A stretch of DNA of 64,000 nt, from positions 192,001-256,000 of the forward strand of contig CAVQSP010000017.1 in the NCBI GenBank assembly GCA_963715985.1, in the 5' to 3' direction. Numbering within the stretch: position 1 is the stretch's first letter; the number at the start of each line of letters is the position of its first letter. A model generated the notes under the pieces. That model was not told the DNA's origin and ran no database searches. It saw nothing but the letters and a program-made list of their open reading frames with translations. Source of the stretch: an uncultured Thermoleophilia bacterium (GTDB lineage Bacteria > Actinomycetota > Thermoleophilia > UBA2241). Below are positions 38,195 through 47,764 of the stretch, piece after piece. The position numbers and the translations under genes are program-made.

Positions 38195-38326
38195 GACCCC
38201 TCTTTCGTCGTCGCCGACGTCGCGGACGGCTTCCGCCGTGGACGTGTCACGGAGCACAGTACCCCCTATCACCGCAGTGAGAACGTCGTGCGAAAGGTCA
38301 CAAGCGGTGCCGGCGCGAGGCCGTAC

Positions 38327-38369
38327 GCGAGAGAGGCCGGCAGCCGCCAGGGCCGCCGGCCTCTCGCGC
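38327..38369. terminator. Hairpin downstream of the DUF1269 pair
   Basis: GAGAGGCCGGC...GCCGGCCTCTC stem. Confidence 0.5.
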
Positions 38370-38381
38370 ACGCTGTGCGCC

Positions 38382-38891
38382 TCAGTCCGTCTCGGCCTCG
38401 GCCGCCTTCTGCAGCTCTTCCTCCACCTGCTTCTGGTGGGCCTTGATCTCCTTCTCGACGACCTTCTTCGAGTGCCGGGTCGCCTCCGCGAGCTGGTCGG
38501 TGAGCTTCTCCCGGGCCATCACCACCAGGGCCGCGTCGCCCTGGTCCAGGAACTCGCCCAGCTCGTGCATGTCCTTGCGTGACATGCCCTTCCACACGTG
38601 GCCGATGAGGCCGCCGGTCAGGGCGCCGGCGGCCACCGTGCCGATCAGCGCCGGCGGGAACAGCACGCCCACCACGGCGCCCACCCCGACCCCGGTCCAC
38701 GCTCCGTGCCGCGTGGTCTTCTCGACCTTGTTCACGTGCACCTTGCCGTCGTCGTCCTTCGTGACGATGGCCGCGTCATAGCTGGCCAGGACGCCTTCTG
38801 AATGCAGGTTCTTGACCTCGCCGAAGTCCTGCCATGCGTCGGGCTGCGAGTGATAGAGCGCCATGTACACGAAGATGGTGTCGTCTGCCAC
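38382..38891 (-). CDS. DUF1269 family protein
   Basis: Clear paralog of 9002..9511 (YDAAIVTKDDDG, HGAWTG, LFPP, GMSRKD). Confidence 0.88.
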   Translation of the reverse strand: MADDTIFVYMALYHSQPDAWQDFGEVKNLHSEGVLASYDAAIVTKDDDGKVHVNKVEKTTRHGAWTGVGVGAVVGVLFPPALIGTVAAGALTGGLIGHVWKGMSRKDMHELGEFLDQGDAALVVMAREKLTDQLAEATRHSKKVVEKEIKAHQKQVEEELQKAAEAETD

Positions 38892-38936
38892 GAGATCCCC
38901 TTTCGACGGGGGTCGCTGGGCGACCCCGGCGTCAGC

Positions 38937-39452
38937 CTACTTGGCTTCTTCCATCTCCCTGGCCGCCTGGGCGAGCGTCTCTCGCAGCACGTGGCTCTCC
39001 ATGTCCACCTCGAGGGCGACGTGCCGGCGGGCGTGCGGGAGCGCCTTTTCCACGTAGCTCTGCAGCGCCGACTCGCCGACGATCAGCAGGGCGGCCTCGC
39101 CCTCGTCGAGCAGGTCGCCGAGCTCCTTGACGTCCTTGCGTGACATGCCCTTCCAGAAGTGCCCGACGAGCCCTCCCACCAGGCCGCCGGCGGCGGCGGT
39201 CACGGGGATCGACGGAGGGAACAGGATGCCGAGGGCGGCCCCCACGGCGATGCCCGTCCACGCCCCGTGCTGGGTCGGTTTCTCGTACTTGTCCACATGG
39301 ACCCAGCCCGTTTCGTTCTTGGTGATCACGGCGCCGTCGAAGGTGCCGAGCGTGTGGTCACGGTGGAGCTCCTTGACGAGCTCCCAGTCGTCACGCGCGT
39401 CGTTCTCCGTCGCGTAGACCGCCAGGTAGAGGTAGACCGGTTCGTCCGCCAT
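38937..39452 (-). CDS. DUF1269 family protein
   Basis: EKPTQHGAWTGIAVG...FWKGMSRKDVKELG; GAAGGAG upstream of ATG 39452. Confidence 0.88.
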   Translation of the reverse strand: MADEPVYLYLAVYATENDARDDWELVKELHRDHTLGTFDGAVITKNETGWVHVDKYEKPTQHGAWTGIAVGAALGILFPPSIPVTAAAGGLVGGLVGHFWKGMSRKDVKELGDLLDEGEAALLIVGESALQSYVEKALPHARRHVALEVDMESHVLRETLAQAAREMEEAK

Positions 39453-39498
39453 GACGCCCACTCCTTCAGGTCGCAGATGCGAGTCGCTTCGCCTCTCA

Positions 39499-39569
39499 AT
39501 GCCCAAGGCACGGGCGCGGAAAACCGCCACGGGTCGCCGTCCGTTTCGCGGGAGTCGTGTGGCGGGTAG
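39499..39569. promoter_or_regulatory. Back-to-back SigB/SigF-like promoters
   Basis: Minus: GGTTT-N16-GGGCAT (39525-39499); plus: GTTT-N17-GGGTAG (39543-39569). Confidence 0.5.
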
Positions 39570-39607
39570 GACGTGACTGCACCAGCCACGCCGCGCGGGG
39601 GGGAAGA

Positions 39608-40138
39608 GTGACGTCCACAGAAGAGGGTCGTACCAGGATCGGTGTCATCTCCGACACCCACGGCCACCTCGACCCCGTCGTGCTGGAGCTCTTCGCCGGC
39701 GTCGACCACATCATCCACGCCGGCGACGTCATCGACGGCGAGACCCTGCAGGCGCTCGAGGGCGTGGCGCCCGTGACGGTGGTGCCAGGTAACCTGGACA
39801 CGGGCAAGCTCGCGCGGCAGCCCCGTGAGGTCACCGGCACGGCCGGGAGCGTGCTGTTTGCCGTGGGCCACAAGCGCAAGCGGCTGCTCAAGAAGCTCGC
39901 CACCGGCAAGATCGACGGGCTGCCGGCCGGCCGCCAGCCGGACCTCGTGGTGTTCGGGCACGACCACCTCCCCGCCGCGGAGTGGGTAGACGGGATGCTG
40001 TACCTCAACCCCGGCACCGCCGCCTCACCGCACGAGGAGGACGACGACCCGACGATCGCCATCGTCTCCGTCGAGCCCACCGGCCTCAGCGTGACGTTCA
40101 TCCCGCTGCTGCGCTCCGAGGAGGCGCTGACCGGCTGA
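39608..40138 (+). CDS. Metallophosphoesterase (YfcE/MJ0936 family)
   Basis: ISDTHG, HAGD, GNLD, GHDH and NPG motifs. Confidence 0.9.
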   Translation: MTSTEEGRTRIGVISDTHGHLDPVVLELFAGVDHIIHAGDVIDGETLQALEGVAPVTVVPGNLDTGKLARQPREVTGTAGSVLFAVGHKRKRLLKKLATGKIDGLPAGRQPDLVVFGHDHLPAAEWVDGMLYLNPGTAASPHEEDDDPTIAIVSVEPTGLSVTFIPLLRSEEALTG

Positions 40139-40213
40139 GTGCCGGGGAGTGCCGGAGCCGCCGCGTCCGTAGCGGAGCCCCGCCGGCCGGCGCGCGACCA
40201 GCGAGGAGGACCC

Positions 40214-40675
40214 GTGAAGGCGCACACCGTGTACAAGACGTTCCGTGTGGAGCAGCGCCGCGCCTTCGTGCGCATCACCGAGGACGTCCAGGCCGCCGTC
40301 GACGAGAGCGGCATCCGCGAGGGCATGGTGCTGGTCTCGGCCATGCACATCACCGCCGGCGTGTGGGTCAACGACGACGAGCCCGGCATCCAGGCGGACG
40401 CGCTCGAGTGGCTCGACAAGCTGGCGCCGCCGTCCTGGCAGCCGCCGGCCAACGACGTGGCCCGGCAGCTGCTCCCCGACGGCGGTGACTACCGTCACCA
40501 CCGCGGCGGCGAAGACAACGGCGACGCGCACCTCAAGAACCTGTTGGTGCACCATCAGGTCATCGTCCCCGTCACCGAGGGGCGGCTCGACCTCGGCCCG
40601 TGGCAGGCGGTCTTCTACTGCGAGTTCGACGGCCGCCGCAGCAAGCGTCTGATCATCAAGGTGCTGGGCGAGTGA
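40214..40675 (+). CDS. yjbQ: YjbQ/UPF0047 family protein
   Basis: [15 protein letters not shown] and LGPWQ..FYCEFDG; GAGGAGGA RBS. Confidence 0.9.
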   Translation: MKAHTVYKTFRVEQRRAFVRITEDVQAAVDESGIREGMVLVSAMHITAGVWVNDDEPGIQADALEWLDKLAPPSWQPPANDVARQLLPDGGDYRHHRGGEDNGDAHLKNLLVHHQVIVPVTEGRLDLGPWQAVFYCEFDGRRSKRLIIKVLGE

Positions 40676-40753
40676 CGAGGGCCCGGTAGGACTTCCCGGC
40701 GGTGAGGGCGAAGTCAGTCGGATGAACGTGTGACGCCAACGAGGAGGACAGAG

Positions 40754-41350
40754 ATGGACGACATGCAGGGTGCGCCGGGCGATCCCGGCCAGCGTCCCCG
40801 CCCGGAGGTCGTGAGCGAGTCCGTCGTGATCGTCGACAGCTCGGACGTCGCCAGGAAGAGCTGGGGTGTGCTTCTCGCCATCGGCATCGTGGCGGTGATC
40901 TTCGGCATCATCGTCCTCGCCAACATCTGGTCGAGCGTGCGCCTCGTGGCCATCCTCGCCGGCCTCTTCCTCATCTTCGCGGGCGTCATGCAGTTCGTGG
41001 GCGCTCGCGGCCACGAGCGCAAGGGCGGCCGCATCGCCGCCGGCGTCATCGCCCTGATCGCCGGCATCGTCCTGGTCGCGTGGCCGGACGCCTCCGTCAA
41101 GACCGTCGCCGTGGTGATCGGCGTGGCGTTCCTCATCTGGGGCATCGCCTGGGCGATCGCGGCGCTCGTCGACCGCGGTGAGGGCTGGGGCGTCGCGATG
41201 GGCTTCAGCGTGCTGCTGGCCATCGTAGGCATCGTCTTCATCGTGTGGCCCGGCCCCACCATCGCGCTGCTGATGATCCTTGTCGGGCTGAGCGCCATCC
41301 TGTTCGGGGTCGCGTCCATAGCCCAGGCGCTGGCCCTGCGCAAGGCGTAG
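40754..41350 (+). CDS. HdeD/DUF308 family membrane protein
   Basis: Six TM helices with repeated GI.LVAWP / GIVFIVWP; GAGGAGGA RBS. Confidence 0.85.
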   Translation: MDDMQGAPGDPGQRPRPEVVSESVVIVDSSDVARKSWGVLLAIGIVAVIFGIIVLANIWSSVRLVAILAGLFLIFAGVMQFVGARGHERKGGRIAAGVIALIAGIVLVAWPDASVKTVAVVIGVAFLIWGIAWAIAALVDRGEGWGVAMGFSVLLAIVGIVFIVWPGPTIALLMILVGLSAILFGVASIAQALALRKA

Positions 41351-41359
41351 GGGCTCCGC

Positions 41360-41940
41360 ATGGCTGAAGGCCACAGCAGACGCGGAGCGCTCCAGCGCTT
41401 CGTCAGCTGGAGCCGATACATCATCCTCATCGACGTGATCGGCCTCTTCGCGGCGTTCGTGGCGCTGATGGTATCGAGTGTCTGGCACACGTTCCGCGTC
41501 GATCTGGGAGACGGTCTTCGGTGACGGCATTGAGCCAGAAGGAGCTCGTGGGCAGCCTCGTGCAGCAGGCGGACACCGCCCTGCTGGCCGCTGTCTTCTA
41601 CGTCATCGCGCTCGGGCTCTACAGCTTGTTCGTGGACGACAAGATCCCCATGCCCACGTGGTTCCGGGTGCGCAACCTCGGCGGCGCATTCATGGCCGTC
41701 CTCATCGCCATCGAGATCTTCGTGAACATCGTGAGCTACCTGCGCGAGGATCTGATCCACGTGCGCATCGTCCTCGCCACGGCCCTCATGGCCGTCGCCC
41801 GCAAAGTGATCATCCTCGATTACTCACCACATCGCCAGTACATCTACGCTACCGCGGCAGTGGTTGCCGCCATGGCGCTCTATACTGGCTGATCGTGCGG
41901 TACCGGCCGGCGAGTGCCCGCGACGAGATCGAGCTGACTG
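41360..41940 (+). pseudogene. Frameshifted chimera of a YqhA (UPF0114)-like N-part and a PsiE-like C-part
   Basis: SRYIILI.VIG and ADTALL...LGLYSLFVDDKIPMPTW (YqhA-like) joined to GAFMAVLIAIEIF...ATALMAVARKVIILD (PsiE-like); at least three frameshifts. Confidence 0.6.
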
Positions 41941-42048
41941 CAGCGCGGAGTCCGGCTGCGTGCACGAGGCGGCGCCGCGCAGCAGAGCGCCGCCGCGGGG
42001 GCAGGGTGGAGCACGCCGGGCGAGGAGTAGGCCCGTCCGCGCCCGGCG

Positions 42049-42904
42049 CTACTTCTTCAGGCGGCCCTTGAGGGTCTTGAGGCGACGCTCCTGACCGAGG
42101 TTCTGCACCACCAGCGCGACCACGGTGATCATGTAGAGCTGGCCGAAGACCGCCTCGGACGCCGCCATCATGCGTCCCACGCTCTCCGCCGCCGTCAGGT
42201 CGCCGTACCCCACCGTCGTGATGGTGATCAGGCTGAAGTACAGGTAGTCGATGGACCCCGCCGTCTGCGGCGGCTGGACCTGCGCGAAGAAGGGCCCGCC
42301 CTGCACGAGCCCGCTGAGGGCGAACGCCGAGGCGAAGAACATGGCGATGAGCAGGTACACGCACACCGCCCCGTAGAACGTGTTGAGGCTCACCACGAGG
42401 TGGGAGGCCAGACGCTTCACGATCGCCAGGGGTGCGACGATGACGAGCAGCGCCGTGAGTGCGGCCGCCACCCAGCGTCCGGTCTCGTCGCTGCCCAGGA
42501 GCGTGGCGACCACCGCTACGAGCGTGACGATGGGGATGAGCGCGAGCGCCAGGCGCAGCAGGCGGCGCTGCACCTGCGAGGCGCGCAGCGCCAGCCAGGT
42601 GGTCGCCGCCAGCAGGATCAGCGAGACGGAGCGGCCGGCGCTGTGGTCGCCGCCGATGGCGGTGGCGAAGAACGTGGCTACCATCAGCACGAGGACGAGC
42701 CCGTAGGAGTCCACGAACCGCGGCGGCTTCTCCGCGCTTGGGTCGTCAAGCTGGGCTTCTGTGGACTCCTGGACGAGGCTCTCGCCCACTCTGGGATCCG
42801 GGCGTCACGAGCGCGGCCCTCGTCGCCGGCTCGGGCGCCGTTGCAGGCCCCGGCTCCGGAGGAGCGCCGGCGGGCGGTGTGCTGGTGTCGTCGGGCGCGG
42901 TCAT
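42049..42904 (-). CDS. Potassium channel family protein (Ion_trans_2); true start probably 42904 with a frameshift near 42800
   Basis: YFSLITITTVGYGD selectivity filter; intact frame is 42049..42789. Confidence 0.88.
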
Positions 42905-43044
42905 GGCCTGGGCGACACTGTATCCCACGCGTAGCGGGCGCAACAGGGAGCCGGCCGGCGCCGATCGCCGCCCGGGCAGGTGAACGCAGGCGGCGGCGCG
43001 AACGTCCTTGCTGTACACTCCCGGCCCTGACCAGGCGATGATCC

Positions 43045-43980
43045 ATGCAGTACGACGGCTACACTCCGAGGCCCAGGCGCGACCGCGCCCAGCGTAAGCG
43101 CCAGCTGGCGCGGCGGCGCCTCGCCGTGCTCATCGTGGTCGTGCTCGTTGTGGTGGCGATCGTGACCGCCGTCGTCGTGAGCCGGCGCGGCGGCGCCGAG
43201 AAGGCCGCCGCCGGCGAGCCGCAGGCCGCAAAGACCACCGCCTCCGGGTCGTCCGGCGGCAAAGCGTCGCCCAGCCCCTCGCCGACGGTGCCCCCGCCCG
43301 CGGTGTGGGAGGCGAGCGCGTCCAAGCCGGTGCGCGTGTGGGTCGGCGGCGACTCCATGGGCGGCGAGCTGGGGTGGGGCCTGGGCCCGCTGCTGGAGAA
43401 GACCGAGGTCCTCAAGCCGACCCTCTACTACAAGGACTCCACCGGCATCTGCCGCTGGGACTTCTTCGACTGGGGCGATCACATGGAAGCGGTGATGAAG
43501 ACGGCCAAGCCCGACGCGGTCGTCCTCATGATGGGCACCAACGACACCCAGTCGGTGTGGCAGAACGGCGACTGGATCGCCTACGGCGACCCCAAGTGGA
43601 AGAAGGTCTACCTCAAGCGCGTCTCGGACATGACGAAGACGGCCCTTGAAGGCGGCGCCCGTCGCGTCTACTGGGTCGGCATGCCCATCATGGCCGAGGG
43701 CTGGCGCAATCCACGCATGAAGTTCATCAACAAGATCGTCCAGACGGCTGTGGCCGGCATCCCGGGGGCGCAGTACATCGACTCCTGGGAGCTGTTCACG
43801 GACGCCAACGGCGACTACGTGTCGTCCCTCCGGCTCGGCGACGGTGTGCACTTCACGGTGGAAGGCCAGCGGATCATCGGCAAGGCCGTGCTGAAGGCCA
43901 TCAAGAAGGACTGGCTGCCCAACGGCGTGCAGTCGCCCAAGCCGACGCCCTCCCCGTCGTCGTCCGCCTCCTCCATCTGA
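43045..43980 (+). CDS. DUF459 / SGNH-family acetyltransferase-hydrolase, membrane anchored
   Basis: N-terminal TM; GDS, GTND and DGVH motifs. Confidence 0.88.
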   Translation: MQYDGYTPRPRRDRAQRKRQLARRRLAVLIVVVLVVVAIVTAVVVSRRGGAEKAAAGEPQAAKTTASGSSGGKASPSPSPTVPPPAVWEASASKPVRVWVGGDSMGGELGWGLGPLLEKTEVLKPTLYYKDSTGICRWDFFDWGDHMEAVMKTAKPDAVVLMMGTNDTQSVWQNGDWIAYGDPKWKKVYLKRVSDMTKTALEGGARRVYWVGMPIMAEGWRNPRMKFINKIVQTAVAGIPGAQYIDSWELFTDANGDYVSSLRLGDGVHFTVEGQRIIGKAVLKAIKKDWLPNGVQSPKPTPSPSSSASSI

Positions 43981-44075
43981 AGGCAGTGCACCTCCGCCTC
44001 GCGTCTCGGTGACCGCGAGAGGGAGCCTCGCTGTCCGGGTGGTCGCGGGCCGTTCCGCGCGCGGATAATGGACGC

Positions 44076-44921
44076 ATGATGCTCACCCTCGTCGCAGCGC
44101 TCCCCGGCAACGTGTTCGACGACGCCAAGCGGCCGCTGTTCTTCCTGCTCCTCGCCTTCATCTGCACGTTCGCCGTGGTGCGCATCAGCACACGCCGCAC
44201 GCGTGCCCGCGGAGGCGCCGGCACGGGCGCCGGCAGCATCGTCACGCCGGGAGGCCTGCACATCCACCACTCCGTGTTCGGCATCATCGCCATGGTGGTG
44301 GCCGGGATCCTGGAGTTCGCCCTGCAGCCCGGCAGCCCGGGCGTGGAGATGATCGCCGTCGCCTTCGGCGCCGGCGCCGCCCTCACCCTGGACGAGTTCG
44401 CCCTGATCCTCCACCTCGAGGACGTGTACTGGACCGGTGAGGGGCGCACGTCCATCGACGCCGTCATCCTCGGCCTGACGTTCATGACGCTGCTCCTCAC
44501 GGGGCTTCTGCCGGGAGGCCTCAGCGAGGTCAACGACTACCTCACGCTCTCGCGCTGGGCGGGCTTCGCCGTCATCCTCAGCAGCTTGGTGTTCGTGGTC
44601 GCCTGCTACCTCAAGGGCAAGCTGTTCATGGGCACTGTGGGCATCTTCATCCCACCGGTGGCCCTCATCGGGGCGCTGCGCCTCGCCAAGCCCGCCTCCC
44701 CGTGGGCCCATCTGCGCTACGCGCGCAACCCCGCCAAGCTGGAACGCGCGGCGCGTCGGCACGACGGCTTCAACCGGCGCTGGCGCGACCTCAAGCACCG
44801 CGTATGGGACCTCATCGGCGGGCCCCCGCACCTCCACCTGCCACACCTGCACACCCGGCGCGGGCCCTCGGAGCCCGGGCCGGCGGAGCAGGGCGAGGCG
44901 CCGCACGGCGACGAGCCCTGA
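44076..44921 (+). CDS. Conserved actinobacterial integral membrane protein
   Basis: GGLHIHH, LDEFALILHLEDVYW and RLAKPASPWA. Confidence 0.75.
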   Translation: MMLTLVAALPGNVFDDAKRPLFFLLLAFICTFAVVRISTRRTRARGGAGTGAGSIVTPGGLHIHHSVFGIIAMVVAGILEFALQPGSPGVEMIAVAFGAGAALTLDEFALILHLEDVYWTGEGRTSIDAVILGLTFMTLLLTGLLPGGLSEVNDYLTLSRWAGFAVILSSLVFVVACYLKGKLFMGTVGIFIPPVALIGALRLAKPASPWAHLRYARNPAKLERAARRHDGFNRRWRDLKHRVWDLIGGPPHLHLPHLHTRRGPSEPGPAEQGEAPHGDEP

Positions 44922-45016
44922 CCCGCGGCGACCGCCCGGCAGTAGGGTCGCCGCTCCGGCGCGAACGGCGGTTGGCAGCGGGTCGTCCCTTTCCCTAGAC
45001 TGACCCGGACCCCCCC

Positions 45017-46615
45017 ATGCTGTTTCCCACCATCACATTCGCGGTCTTCTTCCTGCTGGTGTTCATCGGGAACTGGCTGCTCATGCCCAGACCGCGGCTG
45101 TGGAAGCCGTTCATGCTGCTGGCCAGCCTCGTCTTCTACGGCTGGTGGGAATGGCGCTTCGTCCTGCTGCTCGCCCTGAGCGCCGTGGCCAACCAGCTCT
45201 TCGCCCTCGGCATCCAGCGTGCGGCGACGCCCGCCGGCCGCAGGTGGCTGCTGGCGGGCGCCGTGGTCGTCAACCTGGGCGTGCTGGGCTGGTTCAAGTA
45301 CTACGGCTTCTTCGTCACCTCCGTGGTGGACTTCCTCGGCGCCTTCCACCTCAACGCCGACCTGCCTCTGCTGCGCATCGTGCTGCCGATCGGCATCTCG
45401 TTCCTCACGTTCCGCGTGCTCAGCTACGTGATCGACGTCTACCGCGGCACGCTGCGCCCCTCCTCGATGATGGACTTCGCCGTGTACGTGGCCTTCTTCC
45501 CGTACACGCTGGCCGGCCCCATCGCCCGCGCCTCCGAGTTCCTGCCGCAGCTGGCCGGCCCGCGCGACCCCAGGAACGTGGACACGTCGCGCGCCTTCTT
45601 CCTGATCTTCGCCGGCCTCGCCAAGAAGATGCTGCTCGCCGACTATCTGGCCACGCACATCGTGAACGGCGTCTTCACGACGCCGGGGTCGTACACCCCG
45701 CTGGAGACGCTGGTGGGCATCATCGGCTACTCCGTGCAGATCTACTGCGACTTCAGCGCCTACGCCGACATCGCCATCGGCATCTCGCTGCTGCTCGGCT
45801 TCGAGCTGCCGGACAACTTCGACGCCCCCTACACGGCCGTCTCCGTGCAGGACTTCTGGCGCCGCTGGCACATGACGCTGTCGCGCTGGCTGCGCGACTA
45901 CCTCTACATCCCGCTGGGCGGCAACCGCAGAGGTCAGGTGCGCACCTACGTGAACCTGTTCCTCACGATGCTGCTGGGTGGGCTCTGGCACGGAGCCGGG
46001 TGGACCTTCATCTTCTGGGGCGCCTTGTACGGCGGCGCCCTTGTGGTCGAGCACCGGCGCCTCGACGTGCGCAAGGCGCGCGTCCTGCGCCGGCAGCGCG
46101 CCCGGCAGCCGGCCCCGGTGCCGTACCTGGACGACGCCGGCGACCTGGGCCGCAGCGCGCGCGCCCTGGCCGCGATGTCGGGCGACGCCGCGCCCGCCAC
46201 CGTCGGCCCGGCCGGGGTGGCCGCGCCCGCCGCGGCTGCCGCCTCGCCGGCGGTCCCCGCGTACGACAAGCGCCCGTGGGGCGGAGGGGCCCTGCCCCGT
46301 ATCGGGGTCTTCGCCTTCGTCACCTTCGCCTGGGTCTTCTTCCGCTCGCCGACGTTCGGCGCCGCCCTCAGCGTCCTCGGCCAGCTCTTCCGCGGCTGGG
46401 GCAGCGTCGGCGCCGCCGTGACCCCGGCCGTGCTGCTGGTGATCGTCGTGGGCATCGGCGTGCAATACGTGCCGCGCAGCTTCTATGAGCGCCTGCAGGC
46501 TGGGTTCTCCGTGCTCAACCCGCTCCTCCAGGGGCTCGCCCTCGCCGTGGGCTTCATGCTGCTCGACGTCCTCGGGCCCACCGGGCCCGCCAGCTTCCTC
46601 TACTTCAAGTTCTGA
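45017..46615 (+). CDS. MBOAT O-acyltransferase (AlgI/PatA-like), copy 1
   Basis: LPIGISF, GPIAR, QIYCDFS, DFWRRWHMTLS.WLRDYLYIPLGG and GLWHGA. Confidence 0.95.
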   Translation: MLFPTITFAVFFLLVFIGNWLLMPRPRLWKPFMLLASLVFYGWWEWRFVLLLALSAVANQLFALGIQRAATPAGRRWLLAGAVVVNLGVLGWFKYYGFFVTSVVDFLGAFHLNADLPLLRIVLPIGISFLTFRVLSYVIDVYRGTLRPSSMMDFAVYVAFFPYTLAGPIARASEFLPQLAGPRDPRNVDTSRAFFLIFAGLAKKMLLADYLATHIVNGVFTTPGSYTPLETLVGIIGYSVQIYCDFSAYADIAIGISLLLGFELPDNFDAPYTAVSVQDFWRRWHMTLSRWLRDYLYIPLGGNRRGQVRTYVNLFLTMLLGGLWHGAGWTFIFWGALYGGALVVEHRRLDVRKARVLRRQRARQPAPVPYLDDAGDLGRSARALAAMSGDAAPATVGPAGVAAPAAAAASPAVPAYDKRPWGGGALPRIGVFAFVTFAWVFFRSPTFGAALSVLGQLFRGWGSVGAAVTPAVLLVIVVGIGVQYVPRSFYERLQAGFSVLNPLLQGLALAVGFMLLDVLGPTGPASFLYFKF

Positions 46616-47700
46616 TGGACGACCGCGACGACAGGCCGGCGCTCGGCCGCCGCAGGCGCACCGCCGCCAGCGCGCTCATCGCCATCCTCGTCGCCTTCGG
46701 CATCGGCGTGCTCTTCAACGCCCCGGCCATGAAGAAGACGGCGATGGAGCTCCCGTTCGGCGGCGCCCGCAGCTTCCGGCTCGCGCTGGTGAGCCCCGCC
46801 GCGGCCGTGAGCCACTGGCTGTACCTCGACCGGCCCGCGCGCCTGGCGGCCTCCCTGCTCGGCAAGCCCGATCCTGGTCCCGCGCCGGTGCAGGTGGTCG
46901 TCGTCACGCCGAGCCCGTCGCCGTCGGCCAGCAAGGGGTCCAAGCCGCGCGTCAAGCCCTCGGACAAGCCGCTGCCCAAGCCATACGCGGGGCACCCCAT
47001 GCACCTGTACATCGCCGGTGACTCCATGGCCGGCATCCCCGGCATGGCGCTGGTGAACCTGTCCAACGACACCAAGCTCATCAAGCCGCTGCTGGACTAC
47101 CACATCTCCAGCGGCCTCGTGCGCCCGGACTTCTTCAACTGGCCGGCGCAGCTGCAGTCGCAGGTCAAGGCGTTCGACCCCGGAGCCGCGGTCGTCATGT
47201 GGGGAGCCAACGACAACCAGGGCGTGCAGACGTCCTCGGGCAAGGTGTACGACTTCGGCTCCGACGGCTGGCAGAAGGAGTACCGAAAGCGCGTCGAGGA
47301 CGTCATCGAGCTGCTCTTCGCCGGCGGCGTGCGCCGCATCTACTGGGTGGGGCAGCCCATCATGCCCGACTCCACGTACGACCGCCAGATCCGCCTCATC
47401 AACGACGTCATCAAGTCGAGCGTGAAGAAGCACACCGGCGTGCAGTACATCGACGCGTACTCCGTCTTCAGCAACGGCAGCGGCGCCTACTCGCAGTACC
47501 TCAAGGACGACCACGGCAAGACGCAGCAGGTGAGAGAGCAGGACGGCGAGCACCTCACGTACGCCGGCGGCCTGCGTCTGGCCGAGGTCATCATGGCCGC
47601 CATCAAGGACGAATGGCTGAAGAAGGGCAAGAAGGACGCCGCGACGCCCTCGCCCTCGGCGTCGCCCAAAGCCAAGAGCACCGCCTCGCCCGCTCCCTGA
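46615..47700 (+). CDS. DUF459 / SGNH family protein, coupled to MBOAT 1
   Basis: TGATG overlap; GDS, SSGL.RPD, GAND and DGEH. Confidence 0.9.
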   Translation: MDDRDDRPALGRRRRTAASALIAILVAFGIGVLFNAPAMKKTAMELPFGGARSFRLALVSPAAAVSHWLYLDRPARLAASLLGKPDPGPAPVQVVVVTPSPSPSASKGSKPRVKPSDKPLPKPYAGHPMHLYIAGDSMAGIPGMALVNLSNDTKLIKPLLDYHISSGLVRPDFFNWPAQLQSQVKAFDPGAAVVMWGANDNQGVQTSSGKVYDFGSDGWQKEYRKRVEDVIELLFAGGVRRIYWVGQPIMPDSTYDRQIRLINDVIKSSVKKHTGVQYIDAYSVFSNGSGAYSQYLKDDHGKTQQVREQDGEHLTYAGGLRLAEVIMAAIKDEWLKKGKKDAATPSPSASPKAKSTASPAP

Positions 47701-47764
47701 GCCTGCGCGCGCCGCCCTGCGCGCGTCTCTGGTCTTGCCCGGCGGCTGTAGTACCATGCCGGGC

